The notes under the pieces are model-generated. The model was not told the DNA's origin, ran no database searches, and saw only the letters and a program-made list of their open reading frames with translations. Shown piece by piece: positions 39,688 through 49,521 of a stretch of DNA of 64,000 bases (positions within the stretch are counted from its first letter, which is position 1; each line of letters opens with the position of its first letter). Source of the DNA: a virus. The position numbers were made by a program, and so were the translations under genes. The stretch lies in the IMG/VR virus record IMGVR_UViG_3300049436_000052, positions 64,001 to 128,000 of that record, one strand, 5' to 3'.

Positions 39688-40409
39688 AAAATTTAATAAT
39701 TACAGGTATATCAAGTGGTCTTGGACTACAAATGTGTAAGAAATTTCTTAGTGAGAATTATTACGTTTATGGAATAAGTAGAACAACAAACATAGAGATT
39801 GAATCTTTGAAAGATATATATGAATCAAATTTTAACCATAAAATATTTGATTTATCAAATACAAAAAACATAAAAAAAGAAGTTATTGATGATTTTTTAT
39901 CAGAAAAAAAAGAGATACATGGATTGATTAATAATGCAGCAATTGCTTATGACGATCTTGTAACCAATATTGATGTTGAAAAATTACATGAGATGTATGA
40001 AATAAATGTGATTTCTCCGATGATTTTAAGTAAGTATGTTATAAGAAATTTTATATTAAATAACGTATCAGGTTCTTTGGTTCATATTTCAAGTATATCT
40101 GTTCACACTGGTTATAAAGGATTGGCAATGTATGCTTCAACAAAAGGTGCAATTGAGGCATTTTCAAAAAATGTTGCCAGAGAATGGGGTAAGTTTGGAA
40201 TAAGATCAAATTGTGTTGTTTCAGGGTTTATGGATACAAAAATGACAAATACTTTAGATCCTACACAAAAAGATAAAATTTATAATAGAACATCATTAAA
40301 AAAACCTACAAACATTGATTCAGTAGTTAATACAGTAGAATTTTTAATTTCAGAAAAATCAAATTCAATTACAGGACAAAATATTTTTGTAGATTCAGGA
40401 ACTATTTAA
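39684..40409 (+). CDS. SDR oxidoreductase (FabG-like)
   Basis: ITGISSGLG, LINNA, YASTK, ITGQNIFVDSG. Confidence 0.92.
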   Translation: MKNLIITGISSGLGLQMCKKFLSENYYVYGISRTTNIEIESLKDIYESNFNHKIFDLSNTKNIKKEVIDDFLSEKKEIHGLINNAAIAYDDLVTNIDVEKLHEMYEINVISPMILSKYVIRNFILNNVSGSLVHISSISVHTGYKGLAMYASTKGAIEAFSKNVAREWGKFGIRSNCVVSGFMDTKMTNTLDPTQKDKIYNRTSLKKPTNIDSVVNTVEFLISEKSNSITGQNIFVDSGTI

Positions 40410-40423
40410 AATAAATATTTGAA

Positions 40424-41047
40424 ATGAAAATATTACCATCAATAGAATCTTTGGAATTAACTAAAAGGATTAGCGATTCAATAAATAATCAAACATTTCA
40501 TCATCATTATCATATATTGTACGATATTGCTAAAGTTTTTGAAAATGAAATTAATTATGTTGAAATTGGTTGTTATGCAGGTGGAAGTGCATGTTTATTG
40601 CTACAAAGACCCAAAACAAATGCAATTTCAATAGATTGTGGGCATCCTATTAGTCAAAGTGTTGTAGTAAATAATGTAAAAAATCTTAATATCTATAATA
40701 ATTGTTATAATTATATTCAGGGTTATTCACAACAATCACATGTAAAAACTGAATTGAAGAATATTTTAAAGAATAATTTAATCGATATTCTTTTTATTGA
40801 TGGTGGTCATAAATATGATGAAGTTATTGATGATTTCAATTTATATAATGAACTAGTTAATCACAATGGTTATATTGTTTTTGATGATTATAATGATGAA
40901 AAATATTGCCCAGAAGTTAAACTTGCTGTTGATGAAATTATAAGTAAGTTAAGTGACTATGAAATTATTGGAACATTTAAAAACGATTTGAAAGCTAGAC
41001 CTGAAGAATTGCTTGAAGGAAATTGCTTTATTATAAAAAAAATATAA
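40424..41047 (+). CDS. Methyltransferase (Methyltransf_24-like)
   Basis: YVEIGCYAGGS, DILFIDGGH.Y, GYIVFDDY. Confidence 0.88.
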   Translation: MKILPSIESLELTKRISDSINNQTFHHHYHILYDIAKVFENEINYVEIGCYAGGSACLLLQRPKTNAISIDCGHPISQSVVVNNVKNLNIYNNCYNYIQGYSQQSHVKTELKNILKNNLIDILFIDGGHKYDEVIDDFNLYNELVNHNGYIVFDDYNDEKYCPEVKLAVDEIISKLSDYEIIGTFKNDLKARPEELLEGNCFIIKKI

Positions 41048-41053
41048 AATAAA

Positions 41054-41236
41054 ATGAAAAAATATTGGTATTCTTTAATATGTTCAATTTTAGGACATGA
41101 TAAATGTTTAAAAGATTGGTATCCATTAGATCCAATTACAAAAATTTGTTGTTTAAGATGTAATAAATTATTAGAAAAATATAAAAATCCTATATATAAT
41201 GAAGCTAGCAATAGTAATACCAACATATCAACGTAA
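41054..41236 (+). CDS. Small Cys/His zinc-ribbon protein (DUF1660-like)
   Basis: LICSILGH...CLRCNK. Confidence 0.5.
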   Translation: MKKYWYSLICSILGHDKCLKDWYPLDPITKICCLRCNKLLEKYKNPIYNEASNSNTNIST

Positions 41237-41903
41237 TGATGGAAAAAGTTTTCAATTCCTTAAGAAATGTTTAACTTCCATAAAAAATCAAACATATAAA
41301 GATTATTGTGTTTATTTGATTGGTGATAAATATGAAGATAATGAAGAATTTGAGTCAATTGCAAATTCAATAATTGATAAAGATAAAATTAAATATATAA
41401 ATTTACCACATGCCGTTGAAAGAAAAAAATATTCTATTAATAGTAAGGAATTGGCTTTTTCTGGAGGGGTTAATAGTACAAATGTTGGAATTTCAATGGC
41501 CTTAGAAAATGGTTTAAATTTAATCTGTCACCTAGATCACGATGATTTCTGGGAAAATAATCATTTATTTGAAATAAATGAAGTTATTAATAGATTCGAT
41601 AATTGTGCATTTATTACAACAACAGCAAAAAGACTGAATACAAATATTGTTGCACCAATTGAAGGTGAAGGGATTCATTATCCATATCCTGGAAGTGTTT
41701 ATCATTCAGCAACTTGTGTTGATTTTAAAAGAATTCCTTTGAGATATAAGGATGTTTTTATGGAAGAAGGGAGATTAATGGCTGCTGATGCCAATCTTTG
41801 GGTAAGAATTACAGAATATATGAAAAAAAATAATTTGATTGGTTATCATACAAATAAAATAACTTGCTATCATACTAATCATCATTACGATATTATAAAA
41901 TAA
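41199..41903 (+). CDS. Glycosyltransferase family 2
   Basis: IVIPTYQR, SIKNQTY, HLDHDD.W, DANLWVRI. Confidence 0.88.
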   Translation: MKLAIVIPTYQRNDGKSFQFLKKCLTSIKNQTYKDYCVYLIGDKYEDNEEFESIANSIIDKDKIKYINLPHAVERKKYSINSKELAFSGGVNSTNVGISMALENGLNLICHLDHDDFWENNHLFEINEVINRFDNCAFITTTAKRLNTNIVAPIEGEGIHYPYPGSVYHSATCVDFKRIPLRYKDVFMEEGRLMAADANLWVRITEYMKKNNLIGYHTNKITCYHTNHHYDIIK

Positions 41904-41911
41904 TAAATAAC

Positions 41912-42520
41912 ATGGCAGAACATTATATTGAAAATTTAATAAAAAACATAGATATTCCACATAACGGATTTTTTATTGAAGCTGGTGCAAATAATGGAAT
42001 TACTCAGAGCTATACCTATGAATTAGAAAAATTGGGTTGGAGAGGATTATTAGTAGAACCATCAATAAAATCGTTTGAAGAATGTTTTAAAAATAGATCA
42101 GTAGATAACGTTTTCTATAATTGTGCATTAGTTGATAATGATAATATTAAAACAATTAAAGGAGATTTCAATGGCTCGTTAATGAGTAGTATTAATGGAC
42201 AAAGATTATCAAAAAATGAATTAGTTGTGGTTGAAGCAAAAACGATAACTAAAATATTGGATGAAAATAATATTAAAGATATTGATTTATTCTCATTGGA
42301 TGTCGAAGGATTTGAATTAACAGTATTAAAAGGATTAGATTTTAGTAAATACAAACCAAAATATTTTGTTATAGAAGTTTATACAAAAGAATTTTATGAG
42401 ATTGTAAATTTATTGCTAAATAATGGTTATATTTTGAAAGATAATTTAACTGGTTACAATCATAAAGATTGGCCACATTGGGACGGACAACACAATGATT
42501 ATTTGTTTCAATTAAAATAA
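41912..42520 (+). CDS. FkbM-family methyltransferase
   Basis: GFFIEAGANNG, GWRGLLVEP, IDLFSLDVEGFELTVLKG. Confidence 0.92.
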   Translation: MAEHYIENLIKNIDIPHNGFFIEAGANNGITQSYTYELEKLGWRGLLVEPSIKSFEECFKNRSVDNVFYNCALVDNDNIKTIKGDFNGSLMSSINGQRLSKNELVVVEAKTITKILDENNIKDIDLFSLDVEGFELTVLKGLDFSKYKPKYFVIEVYTKEFYEIVNLLLNNGYILKDNLTGYNHKDWPHWDGQHNDYLFQLK

Positions 42521-42526
42521 ATTGAC

Positions 42527-43390
42527 ATGGTAACGTTTTTAAGAATTGGTGAATTCGGAAGATTAGGAAATCAATTATTTCAATATGCAATTTTATTGGC
42601 AGTTGCATATTTAAACAAATATGTTGTCAAATTACCCAATTTTAACGATAGAGAATGGCATGGACAAAAATGTTTATTAAATAATTTCAATATTAGTGCT
42701 GGTTATCTAAACAATAGTGATAAAATCGAACATCAATATTTTGAAGATCAGTCAACTTATTTCAAATATAATCCAAATGTTTTTAATATTCCTAAAAACA
42801 GTAATTTACATGGATATTTCCAAAATTATCAATATTATAAACAGTGTGAAGATTTAATAATCGAAGAATTAACACCAAAAAAAGAAATAGTTGAATACAA
42901 TGAAGAAGTTTTTAAAAAAATAAAAGAAAAATACAAAGGTTATGAAATTATTTCACTACATATAAGAAGAGGTGATACAGATTTAAAAATGTATGGAGAA
43001 ACGCCAAGTTTTTTAGATAAAAATTCAAGATATTATATATATTTGACTAACGCAAAAAAACATTTTGAAGGTAGAAAAGTAAAATTTATAATATTTACAG
43101 GTGGAAATAGAATTGATGACAATCCTTCATCTGATTATGTTTGGTGTAAAACTAATTTTACGCAAGAAGAATATATATTTTCAGATCATAACAATACAAC
43201 GATAAATGATTTTACCTTAATGTATTTATGTGATTCACATATATTATCACCAATATCATCATTAAGTTGGTGGGTTGGATTTTTAAATAAAAGAAATATA
43301 AATAAATTAACTATTGCACCAAAAAAATATTATTTTTTAAATAAAGAAATGGATGGTGGCTTTTATCCAGATAATTTTATATTAGTTTAG
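42527..43390 (+). CDS. GT11 alpha-1,2-fucosyltransferase-like
   Basis: GRLGNQLFQYA, GYFQ, LHIRRGD, SSLSWW. Confidence 0.9.
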   Translation: MVTFLRIGEFGRLGNQLFQYAILLAVAYLNKYVVKLPNFNDREWHGQKCLLNNFNISAGYLNNSDKIEHQYFEDQSTYFKYNPNVFNIPKNSNLHGYFQNYQYYKQCEDLIIEELTPKKEIVEYNEEVFKKIKEKYKGYEIISLHIRRGDTDLKMYGETPSFLDKNSRYYIYLTNAKKHFEGRKVKFIIFTGGNRIDDNPSSDYVWCKTNFTQEEYIFSDHNNTTINDFTLMYLCDSHILSPISSLSWWVGFLNKRNINKLTIAPKKYYFLNKEMDGGFYPDNFILV

Positions 43391-43394
43391 TGAA

Positions 43395-44018
43395 ATGAGT
43401 GAATTTAAATTTGAAACAATATTGTGTGAATTGTTTTAGAAATATGGATCTGATAAATGTTCACAAATTTATCATTCATATTCAAAAAAATATTTTGAAT
43501 TGTTAAATAATAATAGATTGAATGCTAAAAATATTATTGAAATTGGAATTGGAACAAACCAATTAATGAAATCAATAGTAGGTGATAGATATGAAGTTGG
43601 AGCAAGTATAAAAGCGTGGAGAGATTTTTTTCCAAATGCAGGAATATTTGGATTGGATATTGAAAAAGATGTTTTATTTGAAGAAGATAGAATAAAATGT
43701 TTTTATAGTGATCAATCTAAATCTAGTGTTTTAGTTGAAACAATAAATGAGATTAGAAAATATAAAAATGATGAAAATTTATTGTTTGATATGATTCTTG
43801 ATGATGGTAGTCATATTCTTGAACATCAAATACTAACATATAAAACATTATTCAACTATTTAAATATAAATGGCATTTACATAATTGAAGATATTCAAAG
43901 AACTAACATAAATAGTATAGTAAAAGCAATAGGAACAGAAGGAAAAGTAATTGAAATTCATCAAGGACTTCCAACATTAAATGGTGATGTTTTCATTACA
44001 ATTAAAAAAGAAAAATAA
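43395..44018 (+). pseudogene. Sugar O-methyltransferase interrupted by in-frame TAG at codon 15
   Basis: MSEFKFETILCELF*KYGSDK...HSY...IIEIGIG, ASIKAWRDFFPNA, DQS, ILDDGSH, GIYIIED. Confidence 0.7.
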
Positions 44019-44019
44019 T

Positions 44020-45423
44020 ATGGTAACAAGAACAGATATTATAAATAAAATAATTACAAAATATGGTTTTAAATCGTATCTTGAAATTGGAGTAAGAGTT
44101 CCATCTGAAAATTTTGATAAAATTAATGTGGAATTTAAAGAAAGTGTTGATCCGAACCCTAAAGGAAATTGTAATTATATTATGACAAGTGATGAATTTT
44201 TCGAAAAACATGTTGGTGATAAAAAATATGATATCGTATTTGTAGACGGATTACATACAGCAGAACAATCATATAAAGATGTTCATAATGTAATGAAACA
44301 TTTAACAGAAGGTGGATTTATTGTGATGCATGATTGTGATCCCCCTAGTGAATTTCATATCAGACCATATGAGGATTATGCAAAAACTGGAGGTCAGTGG
44401 AATGGTGATGTATTTAAAGCATTTATAACTTTGAAAAATGAATTAAAAGATTGGTCTTGTTTTGTTATTGGTGAAGATTGGGGATGTGGTATTTTAACTA
44501 AAAGAAAAATATTAGAAAATAAAGGAATTGGCGTATTACCGAAAAATTTTATATGGAATGATTTTAATGAAAAAAGAAAAGAATATCTTCAATTAACAAA
44601 ATATTATGAATTTACAGAATATTTGGGTTATCCACAATATATCATAACAACCCAAATGACAGAACATTATTATGAAATTTCAAAACCATTGTTTAAGTCA
44701 TTAAAAAATAATTGGAATTATCGTTTTATTATTGGTTTTATTGATTTTGAACCAAAAAATTACGATGGCGAATATTATTTAATGAAAAAATCTGATGTTA
44801 AAACATATCGAACAAATTTTCCTGAAAATAGAATAAACTATGTTTGTCCACAAGCGGGTGAGTTTATAGACTACATTCCTAATATAAGTGATAATACTAT
44901 TGTCATACAAATAGATTCTGATACATTAATGCAAAGATCGTTCACCGAAAATGAATTAAGTGAAATAATACCAAAAGATGATCAAATATTATCAGTATAT
45001 GGCGCAAATCCACCAACAAATCTATATGATGTTGCAAAACATAATCTTTCTTTTAAAGATCCTGATAAATATATTGAATTAAATAAATATCCAGAATTTA
45101 CAGCTAGTATTATTATAGCAAATAAAAAAACCTTTATTAAATTAAGAGATTTTTATATTAATGAATTTGATGAACTAATATCACAATGTCAACATCATGC
45201 TGGAGGTCAGTGGTTGATAAATAAAATTGCATATAGAGAATTTGATGTTAAAATATTAAATTCTAAATTTCAATGTGCCGAATGGTATCGTACTTTTAAT
45301 ACTATTAAAACTGTTGATAAAAAATTACTTTTAGAGGATGAAGTTGTAATATTTAATCATACAAAGTATTTAGATGAACCAGAGTTCAAACAATTTCAAG
45401 AAACGCACATAAAAAGTAAATAA
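44020..45423 (+). CDS. Methyltransferase + GT-A-like fusion
   Basis: YLEIGV, DIVFVDGLH, GGFIVMHD; C-terminal QIDSD, QWLIN, FNH. Confidence 0.75.
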   Translation: MVTRTDIINKIITKYGFKSYLEIGVRVPSENFDKINVEFKESVDPNPKGNCNYIMTSDEFFEKHVGDKKYDIVFVDGLHTAEQSYKDVHNVMKHLTEGGFIVMHDCDPPSEFHIRPYEDYAKTGGQWNGDVFKAFITLKNELKDWSCFVIGEDWGCGILTKRKILENKGIGVLPKNFIWNDFNEKRKEYLQLTKYYEFTEYLGYPQYIITTQMTEHYYEISKPLFKSLKNNWNYRFIIGFIDFEPKNYDGEYYLMKKSDVKTYRTNFPENRINYVCPQAGEFIDYIPNISDNTIVIQIDSDTLMQRSFTENELSEIIPKDDQILSVYGANPPTNLYDVAKHNLSFKDPDKYIELNKYPEFTASIIIANKKTFIKLRDFYINEFDELISQCQHHAGGQWLINKIAYREFDVKILNSKFQCAEWYRTFNTIKTVDKKLLLEDEVVIFNHTKYLDEPEFKQFQETHIKSK

Positions 45424-45455
45424 AAGGAAATTATGATTGAAAACTATTTATAGTT

Positions 45456-45893
45456 ATGGAATTAAAAAGTTTTATATTGAAAACAATATCTGAATATTTG
45501 AATGAGAGTATTAATAAAAACAATGAATTAATAGCATATCATGGAACAACAGATAAAGGATATGGAACACATAGTTATAAATATTATACAACTGACTATG
45601 ATTATGCTAAAGAATATTCTGAAGATAGTGGTAGAGTAGAAAAGGTAAAAATTAATTATAATAATCCATTTATTATAAATGCAAAATATATGGGTTATGG
45701 TGAAATAATTTTAAATGATGAAATTATTGGATTTTATAGAGATTTAAAAAAAGATGCCGTTGAAAAATTAAAAAACGCTGGTTATGATATAATAATTGTA
45801 AACTATCCAGAAAAAAATAAAAATGGTTTTGAAATAATTCCTTTTGATAAAGAACAAGTAATAGTTTTAGATAGAAATTATATAAAGTTATGA
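45456..45893 (+). CDS. ADP-ribosyltransferase-fold protein with TISEYLNE leader
   Basis: AYHGT, YYTTD.DYAKEY, NNPF, GYD.II, EIIPFDKEQV; TATTTAT at 45445. Confidence 0.6.
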   Translation: MELKSFILKTISEYLNESINKNNELIAYHGTTDKGYGTHSYKYYTTDYDYAKEYSEDSGRVEKVKINYNNPFIINAKYMGYGEIILNDEIIGFYRDLKKDAVEKLKNAGYDIIIVNYPEKNKNGFEIIPFDKEQVIVLDRNYIKL

Positions 45894-46522
45894 AAATAGG
45901 TAATATCATACACAATAGTGAATTAATTAACCATACTAAGGTTGATTATATTAATTATTATAATGAAATAATCTCATATGATAGTATCAATCAAACATTA
46001 CCAACATTATATGTAGGCTGGCAATTTTTTAAAAAATCTAATCACAATTCTAGTTTTATTGGTAGGGTTGATATTCTAAATAAAGTAATTTCTGATAATC
46101 TCAAATGGGAATTTAGCTTTGAAGAAAATAAATCTTCACATGTTAAAGGTGTTGAAGAATTTGTAACTGAATTACCATATCAATATTTCTCACCAAAACA
46201 CACCTATATTAATTTAGATCCTGTTTTCTTTCAATTAAAAGATTTACAGGATTTAATAGATGTCCTACCTAAAAAAATAGATAAACTTTATATTTTTAAA
46301 GATGAAATGATTTATTATTTAGTAGATAATAAGATTGCTGGAATTGATTTAAAAATGTTTAATTTTTTCAAATTTAATATAACTGACATAAAAACAAATT
46401 TAATAAATAGAAGTAGTGAAATTTATGATGATATTGATGGTGAAATATATAAAAAATATTATAATATCTTTCCAAATTTTACTTTGTTAAAAAGATATGT
46501 TGTTACGATGTTGAAAAAATGA
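45890..46522 (+). CDS. Hypothetical protein
   Basis: 210 aa; LPTLYVGW. Confidence 0.6.
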   Translation: MKIGNIIHNSELINHTKVDYINYYNEIISYDSINQTLPTLYVGWQFFKKSNHNSSFIGRVDILNKVISDNLKWEFSFEENKSSHVKGVEEFVTELPYQYFSPKHTYINLDPVFFQLKDLQDLIDVLPKKIDKLYIFKDEMIYYLVDNKIAGIDLKMFNFFKFNITDIKTNLINRSSEIYDDIDGEIYKKYYNIFPNFTLLKRYVVTMLKK

Positions 46523-46558
46523 TAACTATTAAGTATTTATATTAAAAATATAATAAAA

Positions 46559-46735
46559 ATGGAAAATAAAGTTGAAAAAGCAATCGATAATTTCATTGAT
46601 AATGAAGGTGGTTCTACAGAAGGTATCAGACAACAAAAGAAAAAAGTTGTAAAAAAGAATGATAATTCAATAAAAGAAAGAATCGATTATGAATTGATAG
46701 TTGATGATAAAGGTCGTCAATTACTTAGTGAATAA
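46559..46735 (+). CDS. Small late protein (58 aa, missed by track)
   Basis: MENKVEKAIDNF...DDKGRQLLSE*; TATTTAT at 46534. Confidence 0.65.
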   Translation: MENKVEKAIDNFIDNEGGSTEGIRQQKKKVVKKNDNSIKERIDYELIVDDKGRQLLSE

Positions 46736-46757
46736 TACTAAAAACATTCTACAAACT

Positions 46758-47450
46758 ATGAAAAAAAATATAAATGCTGATCTTTCAAACGAACAAATAC
46801 GAAAGATTAAACATCGTTTTGATTATAAAATAAATGAATCGGTAAAATATCGTCAATTGGTTAATACTGATGAAGAATTTGATCAAATACCAACAAATGA
46901 GGCTGATGAAGAACCAGCAGAAGATCAACCAAAAGATACAAAATCAGTAGGTCTTGATGCTCCAGTTCCAGAATTTGAAAAAAATGCTGAAAACCCTGAA
47001 GAAATGCCAACAGATAATGTTGAAGCAACTCCAAATCAAGAAATTGTAAATACTGAAGCAACCGATGATAATAATGTAGATAGAATTCAAAACGATATTA
47101 TTAAACATAATATTGAAGCGATGAAAAGCATTTATAGTAAATTGGAAAATCTTAATTCTTCAATTGATAATTTAAATAATAAAGTAGATAATCTAAATCT
47201 TGATGTTGAAGAAGTTCGTGAACCATCAAATGTTGAAAAATTAATAAACAAGAAAAATGTTTCATATCCTTACTATTTTAATCTAAACGATCTGTGGTCA
47301 AAAAATTGGTTTAGTGAAAAATATAATAATAGTGATGAAGTCGAAAATGGTATAAAAAGATTACCAGACGGAACATATGTCGCAGACTTTGATGATATTA
47401 GTCAAACATCTAATTTTGATGTGAAAAAAAGCTTTAATGATTACCAATAA
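46758..47450 (+). CDS. Acidic coiled-coil protein, probable prohead core/scaffold
   Basis: FDYKINE leader, D/E/P-rich linker, coiled coil, SYPY..NL; ATG 46758 preferred. Confidence 0.55.
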   Translation: MKKNINADLSNEQIRKIKHRFDYKINESVKYRQLVNTDEEFDQIPTNEADEEPAEDQPKDTKSVGLDAPVPEFEKNAENPEEMPTDNVEATPNQEIVNTEATDDNNVDRIQNDIIKHNIEAMKSIYSKLENLNSSIDNLNNKVDNLNLDVEEVREPSNVEKLINKKNVSYPYYFNLNDLWSKNWFSEKYNNSDEVENGIKRLPDGTYVADFDDISQTSNFDVKKSFNDYQ

Positions 47451-47900
47451 ATGATTTTAAACAATTCACATAATAGTAAAAAAAGATTATTTGAAGTTTT
47501 TCAAAAAGTAAATGGTGTTAAAATAAATGAAACCATTCTTCCAAAAGAAAAAAAAGAAGAACTTTTAAACGAACTTGTTATATATGTTGCAGAAAAATTG
47601 GGTTTAAACGAACTTCCAAAGATAAATTTATCTTATGAAGAAAATAAAGCATCTGAAAATAAATCATTTGGTGGGTATAATCCAACACACAAATCTATTT
47701 TATTGATAATGACCAATAGAAACTTAGCAGATGCTGGCAGAACATTGGCTCATGAATTAAAACATTATGAACAAGATTTAAAAGGTTTATTGAATAACGA
47801 ATCTGGTATAACTGGAAGTGAAGAAGAAAATGAAGCAAATACGTTTGCAGGAATAATAATGAGAGAATTTGGGAAGTTGTATCCTGAAATTTTCGAATAA
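47451..47900 (+). CDS. Zincin-like metallopeptidase with KINE leader
   Basis: SFGGY, RTLAHELKHYEQ, ENEAN..AG. Confidence 0.75.
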   Translation: MILNNSHNSKKRLFEVFQKVNGVKINETILPKEKKEELLNELVIYVAEKLGLNELPKINLSYEENKASENKSFGGYNPTHKSILLIMTNRNLADAGRTLAHELKHYEQDLKGLLNNESGITGSEEENEANTFAGIIMREFGKLYPEIFE

Positions 47901-47914
47901 ATAAAAAATATATC

Positions 47915-48346
47915 ATGGAAAAAATTAGAGAACTATTAAATAAACTAGAAAATGGTGAAAATTTGGATATTGTAGATAGATTTGAATTAGCACAAGGTTT
48001 TAGAGAATTAATTCATTTTAAAGATGCATATACTGGTTTATATTGTATGGATTGCCATCCGTCTGAATTATTGGAAAAACTAAACAATAGTCAATCTGAT
48101 GCACATTCACTTCCTATTGAAGATTTAGAAGACTTAAATAAAGATTGGATTAAATTTGTTAATAATGAAAATTTTAAAAAAAGCCCATTTATTCAATTAG
48201 ATGGGGAGTTAAATGAATTAAATTATTTAGAAATTATTAATGATTTGTGTATTCAATCATTACCACCAGATTTATATGAAAATTGGGTTGATATAAAAGA
48301 ATCTTTAATCAAAAATAGAAGAAAATTAAAAATTAATACTAAATAA
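47915..48346 (+). CDS. Hypothetical protein
   Basis: 143 aa. Confidence 0.55.
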   Translation: MEKIRELLNKLENGENLDIVDRFELAQGFRELIHFKDAYTGLYCMDCHPSELLEKLNNSQSDAHSLPIEDLEDLNKDWIKFVNNENFKKSPFIQLDGELNELNYLEIINDLCIQSLPPDLYENWVDIKESLIKNRRKLKINTK

Positions 48347-48354
48347 TAAAAACA

Positions 48355-49494
48355 ATGAAAGTATATACTCCAATAGGAAGCAAAGAAAGATTAGTCGAAA
48401 TGTTTCAAAACGTTAATAAAATAAAAATTAATGAAATGTTTGATCAGAGCAATATATTAATTCAATCTTTTGAAAAACTAAAAAACAATCAAATTGACAC
48501 AAGTAACGTTAAAACACAAGTAGAAGGAAATAATACTTTTGTTGAAATTGATGGTGTTGATGAAAATCAAAACAATCTTTTGTTCGTTTTTGAAACAATT
48601 GCTGAAGAATCGGATCAAGATAATGTTTTAGAAATCAAAGAAGTAAAATTAAATCAATTTGTTTTAAAATCAAACAATGATGAACTTATTATTGAAATGG
48701 ATGAAAACGAATTAGCTAGTTTTAATTCACAACATGCAGAAGAATTGATTGATTTAATAAAAGAATATGTTGATGTTGAATCTGATATTGAAAATCAAAT
48801 GTATGAAGAAGTTATAAAAAAAATTGATAGCTATCCATTTGGCGGAGGATCTGAAAGATTTCAAACAGGAAAACAATATGCAGATGAAAAACCAACAAAT
48901 CCTGAACTTAGAGTTAAAAGTGACGAATTAGATAAGTTTGTTGATGAAACAATAGAAGATATTAACGATGTCCAAGTTGGTGATATATATGTTGAAAATT
49001 CCAGCAACATTCCTTATGAAATTGAAAATATTGATTTAAATATAAATAAGGCAAGTATAATAAATAAAAAAAGTGGTGATAAATATCAAGTTTCTATAAA
49101 ATATTTAATAAATAACTTTAATAAAGTCGAAGAACCAGAATTTAGTGTTGATGAAAATCAAACAGAAGTAGAACCAGATATTGAACAAATTGAAAAGGAA
49201 AGAGAAGAAAATGGTGATATGATTCAAGGTGGTTTGGGTGATGATAAATCTCCAGAAGATTTTGATCCAGAACAAATAAGTATGGGTATTAAAGTGGAAA
49301 TGGAACACACAAACGATCCACGAATTGCATTAGATATAACGATCGACCATCTTTCTGAAAATCCCCTCTATTATTCATATTTAGACAAAATGGAAAAAGA
49401 AATGAATAACGATGAAGAAAATAATCCAGATGAAGATTTAGAAGATGAATTACTTGGATTTAAACCGCTAAATGTTGGTGATAATATGAATTAA
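48355..49494 (+). CDS. Acidic protein with KINE leader and DUF5661-like domain
   Basis: GGLGD, QISMGIKVEMEHT.D...A..I..DHL.ENP.YYS.L. Confidence 0.7.
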   Translation: MKVYTPIGSKERLVEMFQNVNKIKINEMFDQSNILIQSFEKLKNNQIDTSNVKTQVEGNNTFVEIDGVDENQNNLLFVFETIAEESDQDNVLEIKEVKLNQFVLKSNNDELIIEMDENELASFNSQHAEELIDLIKEYVDVESDIENQMYEEVIKKIDSYPFGGGSERFQTGKQYADEKPTNPELRVKSDELDKFVDETIEDINDVQVGDIYVENSSNIPYEIENIDLNINKASIINKKSGDKYQVSIKYLINNFNKVEEPEFSVDENQTEVEPDIEQIEKEREENGDMIQGGLGDDKSPEDFDPEQISMGIKVEMEHTNDPRIALDITIDHLSENPLYYSYLDKMEKEMNNDEENNPDEDLEDELLGFKPLNVGDNMN

Positions 49495-49521
49495 TAATAA
49501 AATAAATATAAAATAATTTTC

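Noticed and set aside
30503-45423. Bacterial O-antigen/capsule locus or eukaryotic giant virus origin
   Set aside because: No wzx/wzy or export genes are present, phage-type genes and promoters are interspersed, and contractile tail genes flank the cluster.
46701-46757. Track start for the 249-aa ORF
   Set aside because: It overlaps the 58-aa ORF at 46559-46735; ATG 46758 is more plausible.
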